Shown piece after piece: positions 50,765-59,294 of a stretch of 64,000 nt of DNA. The stretch is from positions 27,076 through 91,075 of the forward strand of contig CAWJBZ010000004.1 in NCBI GenBank assembly GCA_963841325.1. The letters are read 5' to 3'. The stretch comes from an uncultured Candidatus Saccharibacteria bacterium. Its GTDB lineage: Bacteria; Patescibacteriota; Saccharimonadia; Saccharimonadales; UBA4665. The position numbers and the translations under genes are program-made. Below the pieces are notes generated by a model. The model made no database searches and had not been told where the DNA came from. It saw nothing but the letters and a program-made list of their open reading frames with translations. Within the stretch, counting starts at the first letter, position 1; each line of letters opens with the position of its first letter.

Positions 50765-51634
50765 ATGATTAGTGCCCATAATCGAAACAGAATTACTCGG
50801 CTCAAAAAAGCATTCGAGCAACTTAGAATTGACAAAGGTTCTCTACTCACTTTGTTAGAAGAAGCCGAGCTACCAGAATTAGTGTATAACTCTAACGCTA
50901 TCGAAAACTCTACTCTAACACTTAAAGAGACAGAACAAATATTACTTGAACTTGAAGTCGCCAGAAATGTTAGTGTGCGGGAATTATTTGAGGCTAAAAA
51001 CTTAGCTAGAGTTATTCAATATTTACAAAATAATCAAAACCTCGAACTCAATAAAGAGAATGTACTATTGTTGCACCGAATGCTTATAGGCAGTATTAAT
51101 GATGAGATTGCTGGAAGATTTAGAAGAAGAAATGAGTATGTCCGTGTTGGAACACATATAGCCCCAGCACCAGAGCGTGTTGAGCAATTGCTTGATAATC
51201 TTTTGATTGAATTCAAGAGTGCGGATAATAGTTATTTTATTGACCGTATTGCGTACTTTCACTTGGAGTTTGAACGTATTCATCCATTTGTTGATGGCAA
51301 CGGGCGTATTGGCAGGGTACTGCTTAATTTACAACTTAAACAACTTGGCTATCCACCGGTTATTATCCAAAGTAAGGGCAAGATTGATTATTATTATCCC
51401 GCATTTATTGAATATCAAGAGCTCAAACATACTGGTCGGTTGGAGTATTTAGTCATGTTGGCAACTATTGAGTCCTTGAATAAACGTTTAACGTATTTAC
51501 GCGGGCAAAACATAGTAAAACTGACTGACTATGCTAAAACAAATAAACAATCTATAAATACTCTTATCAATGCTGCTCGCCGACAAACAATTTCTGCCTT
51601 TCGTGAAAAAGGTGTTTGGAAAATTGGGCTATAA
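50765..51634 (+). CDS. Fic-family protein (AMPylase-type) with N-terminal auto-inhibitory motif
   Basis: 289 aa. Canonical Fic motif [12 protein letters not shown]. An upstream SNAIEN matches the inhibitory (S/T)xxxE(G/N) helix motif. Confidence 0.88.
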   Translation: MISAHNRNRITRLKKAFEQLRIDKGSLLTLLEEAELPELVYNSNAIENSTLTLKETEQILLELEVARNVSVRELFEAKNLARVIQYLQNNQNLELNKENVLLLHRMLIGSINDEIAGRFRRRNEYVRVGTHIAPAPERVEQLLDNLLIEFKSADNSYFIDRIAYFHLEFERIHPFVDGNGRIGRVLLNLQLKQLGYPPVIIQSKGKIDYYYPAFIEYQELKHTGRLEYLVMLATIESLNKRLTYLRGQNIVKLTDYAKTNKQSINTLINAARRQTISAFREKGVWKIGL

Positions 51635-51729
51635 CTGTATTTTTATGAACATGTGGCTATATCCAAATCTTCGGTAATTGCGGTTCTGACTTCTCGGACT
51701 ACAGTGGACCAAATCCGGGGATATTACTG

Positions 51730-52281
51730 TTGCCTAAGCAATGTTTAAGCAACTGTCATTACTGTGTACAATTAAGATTAATGAAAAGACCTGTACAGTT
51801 TCGGGATCCTGATTTAGATACTAGCGGTGATGTCATCGGATTTTATGAGCGTGAGTTTTATGTTTTTAGTAACTTCTCTTCGTTCCAGGTTGATTGGAGA
51901 GGGCGGCGTTGGCCAACTTCTGAACATGCTTATCAAGCTTCACACTTTTTGGATACGGCACCCGAATTAGTAGAGACTATTTTCAAAGCCCGTTCGGCCC
52001 ATGAGGCCTATAAAATAGCCCAAGCCAACGCCGATAAAGCGCCCAAAAATTGGGAGGAAATTAAAGTTGGCATTATGTATGAGATCTGTAGGTTGAAAAT
52101 GCTTCAAAACCCCTATGTTTTACATAAACTTCTACAAAGCGGTGATTTAGATATGGTGGAAGATTCTACAAAAGATAATTTCTGGGGTTGGGGGCCAAAT
52201 AAAGATGGCCGTAATGAGTTGGGTAGGATCTGGATGAAGCTGCGGGCTCAATGGCGCTCAGGTGAAATTACTACCAAATAA
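51730..52281 (+). CDS. NADAR (YbiA/DUF1768) family protein
   Basis: FSNFSSFQVDWRGRRWPTSEHAYQASHF and FWGWGPNKDGRNELGRIWMKLR match the NADAR signature. The true start is probably the Met at 51781 (MKRPVQF). Confidence 0.8.
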   Translation: MPKQCLSNCHYCVQLRLMKRPVQFRDPDLDTSGDVIGFYEREFYVFSNFSSFQVDWRGRRWPTSEHAYQASHFLDTAPELVETIFKARSAHEAYKIAQANADKAPKNWEEIKVGIMYEICRLKMLQNPYVLHKLLQSGDLDMVEDSTKDNFWGWGPNKDGRNELGRIWMKLRAQWRSGEITTK

Positions 52282-52400
52282 GCATAGTGTTACGTTAGCC
52301 TCTAGCAATTCAACATGCCGAATATTACACTAGATTTAATCATTTATTATTTTACTTGATTGTGCTTAAGTGTTAGGAGATTCTAATCCCGGAGTAAGTT

Positions 52401-52619
52401 ATGGAAGAAAAAGAACACGAAAAGCATCGCCGTAGAAATAAAAAAATGGCAAAAGCCGGTGGGGCAAGTGGCGTCTGGTTTCTAGGCTTTATCGGGGCAC
52501 TAGTATTCTACATACATGTCCACTCGGGAACGTTTTGGTTAGTGGTACTCGCAGTTCTCAAAGCTATTGTTTGGCCGGCGTTTTTGGTGTATCACTTGAT
52601 GCTATTCTTAAAGATGTAA
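52401..52619 (+). CDS. Small two-TM membrane protein (hypothetical)
   Basis: 72 aa. A basic N-terminus (HEKHRRRNKKMAK) followed by two hydrophobic helices. Confidence 0.45.
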   Translation: MEEKEHEKHRRRNKKMAKAGGASGVWFLGFIGALVFYIHVHSGTFWLVVLAVLKAIVWPAFLVYHLMLFLKM

Positions 52620-52703
52620 CCTTACTGTGGTCATTTTCTTAAATAGTCCCCGAAAATATATTAGATAGTGTGGTAGCGGAAGTGCTAAATAGAGATAAAC
52701 CCT

Positions 52704-52940
52704 ATGGTAAAAACTAAATCTGTGAAAAAACATTATTTAGGATTTATTGACACGGTTGTGCTAATCACACTCGCCTTAATCTTTTTGATCATACTGGGGT
52801 GTGTATTTTATTATTATTCGCATAATAATTATCAAAATCAAAGTCCCCAAAAGTTACCGGTAATTTGTAGTTGCCCGAATATGCCTGTCAAGACAGGCAT
52901 TACCGGTACTGGTCCAGCACCTTGTTATTGTCCCGAGTAA
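52704..52940 (+). CDS. Small single-TM protein with Cys-rich tail (hypothetical)
   Basis: 78 aa. One TM helix (VVLITLALIFLIILGCVFYYY) and a C-terminal CSCPN...PCYCPE. Confidence 0.4.
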   Translation: MVKTKSVKKHYLGFIDTVVLITLALIFLIILGCVFYYYSHNNYQNQSPQKLPVICSCPNMPVKTGITGTGPAPCYCPE

Positions 52941-53019
52941 TACTGGCGATAGCTATTAAGCCGTTGGTTTTATAAATCATCAAATAAATGAAATGTGCTA
53001 ATGGCAATTAGTTTCGTAA

Positions 53020-53676
53020 TTAACTCGTGGGGGTGTCTTTTGACTGATGGTACAGCCCAACAATGTGTAAAATAATAATCCCGGCAAACACCGCAACCGT
53101 GACGGCTAACGAGAGACCGATATATTGCTGAATCAGCCCGTGAAAGTCTGTCCCTAATTTTTTGCCAACGCTCATAAAGATCAAAATCCAGGCCGTAGAT
53201 GAAATAATTGTACTGATTGCAAAAGTAGAATAACGGACACCTGACGATCCCGCTAACACCGTAATGATTATCCGTAGTCCGGGGATATGACGGCCAATAA
53301 TAATCGCCCAGACACTTTGCTTGGCAAACAATCTCTCGGCACGTCTGACATGTTTTTCACTAACGAAAACAAATTGAGCTAGTTTAGTTAAGATTAATTG
53401 CCCCCAACGCCTGGATAAGAAGAACAAGACCGACGCACCAGCCAAGATAGATATCAGAGCTAAAATAAAGGCTGGCCAAAATTCTGATGCATTACCAGGA
53501 ATCGACAGTTTATAGCCAACATAAGCTAAGACGGCATCGCCTGGCATGACAATCGGGATGCCCAACTCTTCAACAAAAAGCAGTAGTAACGGGGATAATA
53601 TTAACTGACTAGCAATAAAATGCTGTATTGCGTCGGTATATTGATCAAACCAAGATAACCAAGAAGCATAATACAC
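53020..53676 (-). CDS. DedA-family membrane protein
   Basis: 218 aa. EELGIPIVMPGD, IIGRHIPGLR and the general DedA/SNARE-associated pattern. Confidence 0.65.
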   Translation of the reverse strand: MYYASWLSWFDQYTDAIQHFIASQLILSPLLLLFVEELGIPIVMPGDAVLAYVGYKLSIPGNASEFWPAFILALISILAGASVLFFLSRRWGQLILTKLAQFVFVSEKHVRRAERLFAKQSVWAIIIGRHIPGLRIIITVLAGSSGVRYSTFAISTIISSTAWILIFMSVGKKLGTDFHGLIQQYIGLSLAVTVAVFAGIIILHIVGLYHQSKDTPTS

Positions 53677-53887
53677 GAGGTATAGTTTACACTTTTATCT
53701 ATTAGTCTCTAAAAAATTTATACGTATTTAGATATATGTGTGATATTGATCACATATACTTTTAATGCCTTTACGATTTTTTATAATATGAATATAGGCA
53801 GTTGTGGGTAAGAGGTTTCTCATCAGATACTCAGTTAAATGCATATACTGATACCCATAACACCGAATATAAAAGGGAAGCTGAGCA

Positions 53888-54079
53888 ATGAAAGCTAAAA
53901 AATTCCAGGAACCGATTCGCAAACCTCACCCTGACGCATATCATTTCACTTCTCATCTAAAAGAACAGCGGCTACATGAGCTTGACCGCGGTTATCTGCG
54001 CCAATTGCGGCAGCTACGTCGGATCGTTTGGTCTGCCAAATTGAAACGCGAAACAACATCTAAGCACTTTCCTAGCTAG
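53888..54079 (+). CDS. Small Arg-rich protein (paralogue of 55217-55348)
   Basis: 63 aa with AAGGGA upstream. Core DRGYLRQLRQLRRI resembles the second micro-ORF, and both share a 13-nt 3' flank (AAGTYTACTGTAT). Confidence 0.4.
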   Translation: MKAKKFQEPIRKPHPDAYHFTSHLKEQRLHELDRGYLRQLRQLRRIVWSAKLKRETTSKHFPS

Positions 54080-54134
54080 CCGGAAAGTCTACTGTATCAT
54101 TCAAAACTAACCGTAAAACGTGCTAGCTATATAG

Positions 54135-55094
54135 TTATGGATCAGGTGAATTATAGTCGTCAATGTCATGAAATTTAGCCCGGTTAATATAAAGACTGAA
54201 GGCCCGCTGATCAGCAGTAGTTAGGGGGCGTTTAATGCTCCGTGGCCAAAGTCGCAGTACTCTTACCGAATCAAACTCAAAAACATAAAACAACACTTGA
54301 GCTTGTAAGTAAATCCAATAAATTAATCCCAATATAATAGCAAATGTTCCGTAAAGATTATCTAAATTTCTAAGTTCACGAGCAACCAGGTAGCCACCAA
54401 GACTCTGTAAGATTTCTAGACTGATCGCAGCAATTGCCGCTCCGACCCATATTTGACGCAATGGTTTATGTACCGACAAGCTTATTTTCATTACCAACAC
54501 CAACATCCAGAACAGAAACACTAGTGTTAATAGAATTGAGAGTATTTCGAAAAAGAGATTATGCCCGAATACTAAAGCGTAACCAGCCACCACCGGAGCC
54601 AGAAGTAAACCAAGGCCTCCGATGATGATAATTCCTAGGCTACGCAGAATTGAACCAGGGAAGCTACTGCGCCGTCCTCGCGGTACTTGCCAGATATGGT
54701 CTAAGCCACCCCGCAATACGTCTGCCGCACCACGAATGCCATAAAGTGTCAGCAACAAACCAATAACTAGCGCGATGCCGGTTTTGGTCAGACCATGGAT
54801 GTTTTGCTGTAGATCATGACCGATAACTGGGAAATAGGTATTGGCGCCGTGAATAATTTGGTTCTTAAGTTGAGTATTGTCTCGCAAGAATAATCGCAAT
54901 GCGCTAGTTAACACTAGTAGCAGCGGAAATAGTGCTAAAAAACCATAATAAGTAAATAATGCCGCCCGGCGACCAGCCTCATCTTCCCGATGTTTCTTGA
55001 TAACGGCATACAAAAATCCGGCACGTTTATGATTTTGTTGGTAGTGATCGAAACGACTAACTAGCTGTTGAAACGTATTACTGACCAGTGGCAT
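54135..55094 (-). CDS. YihY/BrkB (ribonuclease BN-like) family membrane protein
   Basis: About 6 TM helices and the N-terminal pattern AALFTYYGFLALFPLLLV. Start placed at the Met preceded by GGAG (55094); the ORF is open to 55145. Confidence 0.65.
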   Translation of the reverse strand: MPLVSNTFQQLVSRFDHYQQNHKRAGFLYAVIKKHREDEAGRRAALFTYYGFLALFPLLLVLTSALRLFLRDNTQLKNQIIHGANTYFPVIGHDLQQNIHGLTKTGIALVIGLLLTLYGIRGAADVLRGGLDHIWQVPRGRRSSFPGSILRSLGIIIIGGLGLLLAPVVAGYALVFGHNLFFEILSILLTLVFLFWMLVLVMKISLSVHKPLRQIWVGAAIAAISLEILQSLGGYLVARELRNLDNLYGTFAIILGLIYWIYLQAQVLFYVFEFDSVRVLRLWPRSIKRPLTTADQRAFSLYINRAKFHDIDDYNSPDP

Positions 55095-55216
55095 CTTGAT
55101 CTCCACTATAACAAAACCAAGATGTACCTGCCTAATGTTAGGCATATGTTAGAAAGCTTACAGCTTAGCCAGCTTAAAATGACTAGTATGATAAGCATAA
55201 AAGTTAAGGAGGGGGT

Positions 55217-55348
55217 ATGCGCTACAACGAAGAAGCACTTATGGAAACCTTCGATCGTTGGGATCGCCAAGAACGCCGCCAACGTTTTTTAAGACGTATG
55301 GAGCGTAAATTCTATGCGAAATACCGTTTAGCACAGAGCCGCCGCTGA
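55217..55348 (+). CDS. 43-aa Arg-rich micro-protein (below the ORF-track cutoff)
   Basis: AAGGAGGGGG SD ends 1 nt before the ATG at 55217. Product MRYNEEALMETFDRWDRQERRQRFLRRMERKFYAKYRLAQSRR, TGA at 55346. A strong terminator hairpin follows 30 nt downstream. Confidence 0.55.
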   Translation: MRYNEEALMETFDRWDRQERRQRFLRRMERKFYAKYRLAQSRR

Positions 55349-55377
55349 AGTTTACTGTATATCAAAATCTATCCTTA

Positions 55378-55405
55378 CTACGCCCCCAAAAGGGGCGTAG
55401 TTTTT
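55378..55405 (+). terminator. Rho-independent terminator
   Basis: CTACGCCCC-CAAAA-GGGGCGTAG followed by TTTTT. Confidence 0.8.
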
Positions 55406-55411
55406 AGATAC

Positions 55412-56072
55412 TCAGAACCGAAGACGGCGCATTAATTGATCAACGGGGTCATTTCTTGGCTCTTCTATGGGCAAGTGAGCACTTAAAACTTTAATTATTT
55501 TATCTTCATCTGCAGGGTCAAAATAAACTGTGGTATACGTCGCAAACCTTTTAAGCGGCACTAACTCTATTCTCTGAGAATGCCCCTTCGGGTACAACCG
55601 AAAATGAGCGAAATTCGCTAAACATATGATGCATACGACCAATTGTTAAGCCCTGATCGTCAACTGTATAGGTCATTTCCCGGGGTTTATGGGCCCCATA
55701 GATACCCAGTAATAATATTCCGATGAATACTAACGCTGTTGAAATTTTGTCTTTAGTCATAAACCAAACTAGGGCCGCTATAATAATGGCTACCAGACCG
55801 AGCAGTGTATACCAGCCGACCGATTTATAGTGACCGATAAACTCTGAAGCAGTCCAGTTAACGCCGTTTGGTGATGTACTCAGATCTGTCGGGTGAATTG
55901 CCCTAGTATGATTGTCGGATAGATTTGCCATAGGGACGTTAGCAGTCAGTGGTTGTGGTAATTTTGACGGTGCTTGCTTTTCCGAAGTTATCTTATCGGA
56001 GGTCATGACCGAATCAGGTTTAAATAGATTTGGATCATCAGATGTGTTGCCGGGGGTTGTATCGTCATTCAT
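55412..56072 (-). pseudogene. Two-TM membrane protein with C-terminal beta-rich domain, split by an apparent +1 frameshift near 55565-55580
   Basis: ORF 56072-55551 ends ...FSVVPEGAFSENRVSAA*. The overlapping ORF continues ...RIELVPLKRFATYTTVYFDPADEDKIIKVL in the next frame. The track's N-terminal extension overlaps a tRNA gene. Confidence 0.55.
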
Positions 56073-56116
56073 AAGCGTTATTTTATAGCTTATACCCAAA
56101 GGTTTGCAAACAGCTA

Positions 56117-56206
56117 TGGCGGAGGGGGTGGGATTCGGACCCACGAAGCCTTGCGGCTTGCCAGTTTTCAGGACTGGTGGAATAAACCGGACTATCCGAC
56201 CCCTCC
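56117..56206 (-). tRNA. tRNA-Ser (anticodon TGA), encoded CCA; anticodon loop reads CCTGAAA
   Basis: Reverse complement is GGAGGGGTCGGATAGTCCGGTTTATTCCACCAGTCCTGAAAACTGGCAAGCCGCAAGGCTTCGTGGGTCCGAATCCCACCCCCTCCGCCA. Perfect acceptor stem and a long variable arm. Confidence 0.85.
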
Positions 56207-56359
56207 AGAGGTCATACAACTAATGCAGGCTGCTATTTTGAAGTACTCTCAGGTCTGTATTATAGGTGTTGTTGGGGTAATGCTCAACGGCTTTAGTTTA
56301 ATCTTATGTAACTAGTGACTAACGGTATTGGAAGACTTATAATACAATGGCCCATTCAG

Positions 56360-56453
56360 GGAGAGGTACCCAAGTTGGCTGAAGGGGACGGTTTGCTAAA
56401 TCGTTAGGGGGATGCAAGTCCCCGCGAGGGTTCGAATCCCTCTCTCTCCGCCA
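56360..56453 (+). tRNA. tRNA-Ser (anticodon GCT), encoded CCA
   Basis: GGAGAGG acceptor stem, anticodon stem ACGGT/ATCGT with loop TTGCTAA, long variable arm, T-arm GAGGGTTCGAATCCCTC. GTGACT-N17-TATAAT (56315-56343) lies upstream. Confidence 0.88.
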
Positions 56454-56613
56454 GTTAGTTACAGCGCATAATTTGTTCGAACCAACCAACTTGTTGTATT
56501 TATTGCGTTGTAAATAAGTTATCTAATGGTTGCATACTCTTTGACTGCTAAGCTATACTGCTATTAAGACAAATACGCAAGACTCATTTAGTAATTATCT
56601 GGAGGGTAACAAC

Positions 56614-57087
56614 ATGGCGCGACGTAATCGCGACGACGATCTATTGCTCGAAGAAGATGAGCTGACAGCGGCATTTTTAGGTGATGATGATACTAGCGCA
56701 GCTGCAGCGCCAACCACAGCAACACCAACTACTGACAGCGAGTGGACTGAAGAAGAAGCTGTTGTAGCCGGTCAGTTGGCGGTCGATGTTTATGAAACTA
56801 AGGAACGATTGGTCGTTAAAGCTCGTACTGCTGGTGTCAATAAGAGTGAGTTGGATGTAAGTATATCTGACAATCAGTTAACTATTAGGGGCACTCTTTC
56901 GGCGGGCGAAGAAGAAGTTGAGAATTACTTTTTACAAGAATGCTATTGGGGTGAGTTCACCCGCACCATTGCTTTACCGGTACCAGTCAAGGAAGAAGAA
57001 ATTGAAGCGGTATTGAAAGATGGTGTATTGACTATTAGTTTTGGCAAAGTTAAACAAGATACTGTTAAAAAGATACAAGTTTTGTAG
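56614..57087 (+). CDS. Hsp20/alpha-crystallin family small heat-shock protein
   Basis: 157 aa. Acidic N-terminus, then an alpha-crystallin domain (VDVYETKERLVVKARTAGVNKSELDVSISDNQLTIRG ... LKDGVLTISF). Confidence 0.85.
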   Translation: MARRNRDDDLLLEEDELTAAFLGDDDTSAAAAPTTATPTTDSEWTEEEAVVAGQLAVDVYETKERLVVKARTAGVNKSELDVSISDNQLTIRGTLSAGEEEVENYFLQECYWGEFTRTIALPVPVKEEEIEAVLKDGVLTISFGKVKQDTVKKIQVL

Positions 57088-57174
57088 AACTGGATAACTA
57101 TCGAACATCAATGGTGTCGATAACAGATGCTATTGTTGGTGTTGTGTATTATTGTGACTTAGATATCGACCAAT

Positions 57175-58566
57175 TTAGTAACTAAGTAATAGTTCACTAC
57201 TATTGGTCTGAATCACCAAACGCCACCCTGACTTCTGTAAACTGGTTAATAATTGGTTGTTAAGGCTGCTCTTGGACAACAGAACACAATGAATATCGTA
57301 CTTGGAAAATTGTTCTTTTCTGATTGTTTTGTTTTCAATTACTTGATTATAAATATTTAGATACTTTTGGCCTGAACTGTTACGCCAAGATGGCATTCGT
57401 CCGTCTATGTAAACTGGTTGGGAGGGTAGTTGCCATATGAGATATCCACCATAGTTATAGTCGTTAAATAAATTTCCATTACATGGATGAGCTCGTAAAT
57501 AAGCAACGGCTTGAACTGGATATGGCATATTACGCTGTGGCCACGGGATAAAGGCAGCAACAAAAACATAGATCAACCATCCAACAATAAGCAACGCAAA
57601 CGTTCTAATAACAACTTTACGTGGACGATCTAATTCCTTTGGCAATTGGTCTTTGATCTCTTCATAATATTTCTCTAGGTCTTTGACTGCGGCGATAACG
57701 AAAAGGGGTACATTTCTGGTTGCCGCCATGGCGGCTGCAAGCATTATCGGTCCTATGTCTAACCAATTGGCTAGTTTCTTCCGGCGCAATAACCAAAAAC
57801 CGGCTCCCCACAGACAAACAAAAGCAATTGCTGCCATTGGTAAATATAAAATAGCCCATTCGTCTATTTGGAAATGTAATGAGCTGTCAAATGTAGTTCG
57901 GGCAATTTCTACGTATAGGTTGAAGCCATAGGGGTTAATAAATGTGGCAATAATACTTAACGCCAGAGTGGCAGCCAGTATTTTTTGCCGTTTTCTAACC
58001 AGGTAATATGCCAAAATAGCTAGTCCAACGACGAATCCGGCATGCAAATTTGCCCACAGTACAAACATTAGGGGCATCAACCATATCCAGCGACCGTAGA
58101 GACTGGTAACTACTTTAAGTAAGACGGCTAAAAGAAGTACTGTCCAAGCTATTGGTCTGATGCCGGCATATGGCGATAAGGCTGCTACAGCCAGCAATAA
58201 CACTAATAACCGCGATCTGGCACTAACTATAAACAGGGAAGCGGCCCATAGACCGGCAAAAACCACAGCTAACAGGTTATAGCCACCAACGCCATAAAGT
58301 AATGAAACGATAACGTCATTACCCCATTCATGGTCAATCCAGTGAAAATTACGGGCAGTATAGGTAAAGATATCGTGGCTTGGGATACCATGAGCTCTGA
58401 TGTAGTTTCCGGCTTGTAAATGCCAGCCGAAATCTGGGTCTATTCTGACCCAAGCTATTAAGAAGAAGCCAATAAAGACTAAAATGATCTTCAGGCATAA
58501 GTTAACTTTGGGTCGGTGCAATAGAGTGCTGACAGCATGTGATACTTGCTTCATTTGTCTCGTCAT
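57175..58566 (-). CDS. Large polytopic membrane protein (GT-C-type glycosyltransferase-like, tentative)
   Basis: 463 aa, about 10 TM helices. Acidic first loop (RIDPDFGWHL) and a C-terminal soluble domain of about 110 aa. Called on architecture only. Confidence 0.35.
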   Translation of the reverse strand: MTRQMKQVSHAVSTLLHRPKVNLCLKIILVFIGFFLIAWVRIDPDFGWHLQAGNYIRAHGIPSHDIFTYTARNFHWIDHEWGNDVIVSLLYGVGGYNLLAVVFAGLWAASLFIVSARSRLLVLLLAVAALSPYAGIRPIAWTVLLLAVLLKVVTSLYGRWIWLMPLMFVLWANLHAGFVVGLAILAYYLVRKRQKILAATLALSIIATFINPYGFNLYVEIARTTFDSSLHFQIDEWAILYLPMAAIAFVCLWGAGFWLLRRKKLANWLDIGPIMLAAAMAATRNVPLFVIAAVKDLEKYYEEIKDQLPKELDRPRKVVIRTFALLIVGWLIYVFVAAFIPWPQRNMPYPVQAVAYLRAHPCNGNLFNDYNYGGYLIWQLPSQPVYIDGRMPSWRNSSGQKYLNIYNQVIENKTIRKEQFSKYDIHCVLLSKSSLNNQLLTSLQKSGWRLVIQTNSSELLLSY

Positions 58567-58667
58567 TGGATTTGTCCAACTAGTTGCCCAGCTAAAATAC
58601 TCAATAATCTATCCTCTGCCCTAGAGTAATATACGGCAGGTTTTTAATTTTATCGATTAGAAATAAT

Positions 58668-58694
58668 AAAACACTCGCTAGCTGCGAGTGTTTT
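58668..58694 (-). terminator. Rho-independent terminator closing the pilin-like operon
   Basis: AAAACACTCGC-TAGCT-GCGAGTGTTTT. On the minus strand the stem is followed by TTTTATT. Sits 55 nt after the stop of the last pilin-like gene. Confidence 0.7.
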
Positions 58695-58748
58695 ATAGTA
58701 ACCAGAAATTTTAAAATTAAACTTTATGGACAGTCTTTCTTCCAATTT

Positions 58749-59177
58749 TTAGCCAGCACCGCCGCTGCTATTTACAGTGGAAGCCTGGTTAATGACAAAG
58801 TGAACGACCAACTGCGCTAGAACGACTACTACTAAACCCACCAGGGCATAGATAATCGTAGTTTTAGCTGCGCCCACCCGGCTACTGTCACCACCTGAGG
58901 TTATGTATCTTAAGCCACCGACAATGATCATAACAACCGCTATCACCCCAACGATAGCTGAGAAAATATTCACAATATTGTCGAGCAGGGTTTGGAAACT
59001 GCTGGTAGTGGTTGATGGACAACCGGTACTACCGGACAGATCAAAACTAGTCCCACTACAAATTCCGTTGGTGATATTAACCTGAGCTGCTACTACCGCC
59101 GGTAAAGCCAGTGTCGGTACTGCAGCTATAAACAACATACTTAGTGCTATAGCCACATTCTTTAATTTCTTAGTCAT
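58749..59177 (-). CDS. VirB2/TrbC-like (T4SS pilin-like) protein, paralogue 1
   Basis: Start placed at MTKKLKNVAIALSMLFIAAVPTLALPAVVAAQ (signal peptide). Cys pair CSGTSFDLSGSTGC. Two-helix hairpin IVGVIAVVMIIVGGLRYITSGGDSSRVGAAKTTIIYALVGLVVVVLAQLVVHFV. Confidence 0.65.
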   Translation of the reverse strand: MTKKLKNVAIALSMLFIAAVPTLALPAVVAAQVNITNGICSGTSFDLSGSTGCPSTTTSSFQTLLDNIVNIFSAIVGVIAVVMIIVGGLRYITSGGDSSRVGAAKTTIIYALVGLVVVVLAQLVVHFVINQASTVNSSGGAG

Positions 59178-59294
59178 CGATTGCCTTTCTTTAGGAATAT
59201 ACCTATTAAACTTTATAGCATATATAAATGAGTTAGTCATCAAGCATTATAAACCAGTTGACTTATTTACATAAGCCTAATGTAGAGTTGTTGA

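Noticed and set aside
53728-53922. ORF 53728-53922 (minus strand) and ORF 55068-55292 (plus strand).
   Set aside because: The first lies in an AT-rich promoter spacer and overlaps the start of the better-supported plus-strand micro-ORF. The second is antisense to the yihY start and out of frame with the SD-preceded 43-aa ORF. Neither has translation signals.
56073-56219. N-terminal 49-aa extension of ORF 55551-56219.
   Set aside because: The extension is a translation of the tRNA-Ser(TGA) gene (56117-56206). The Met at 56072 gives a sensible start.
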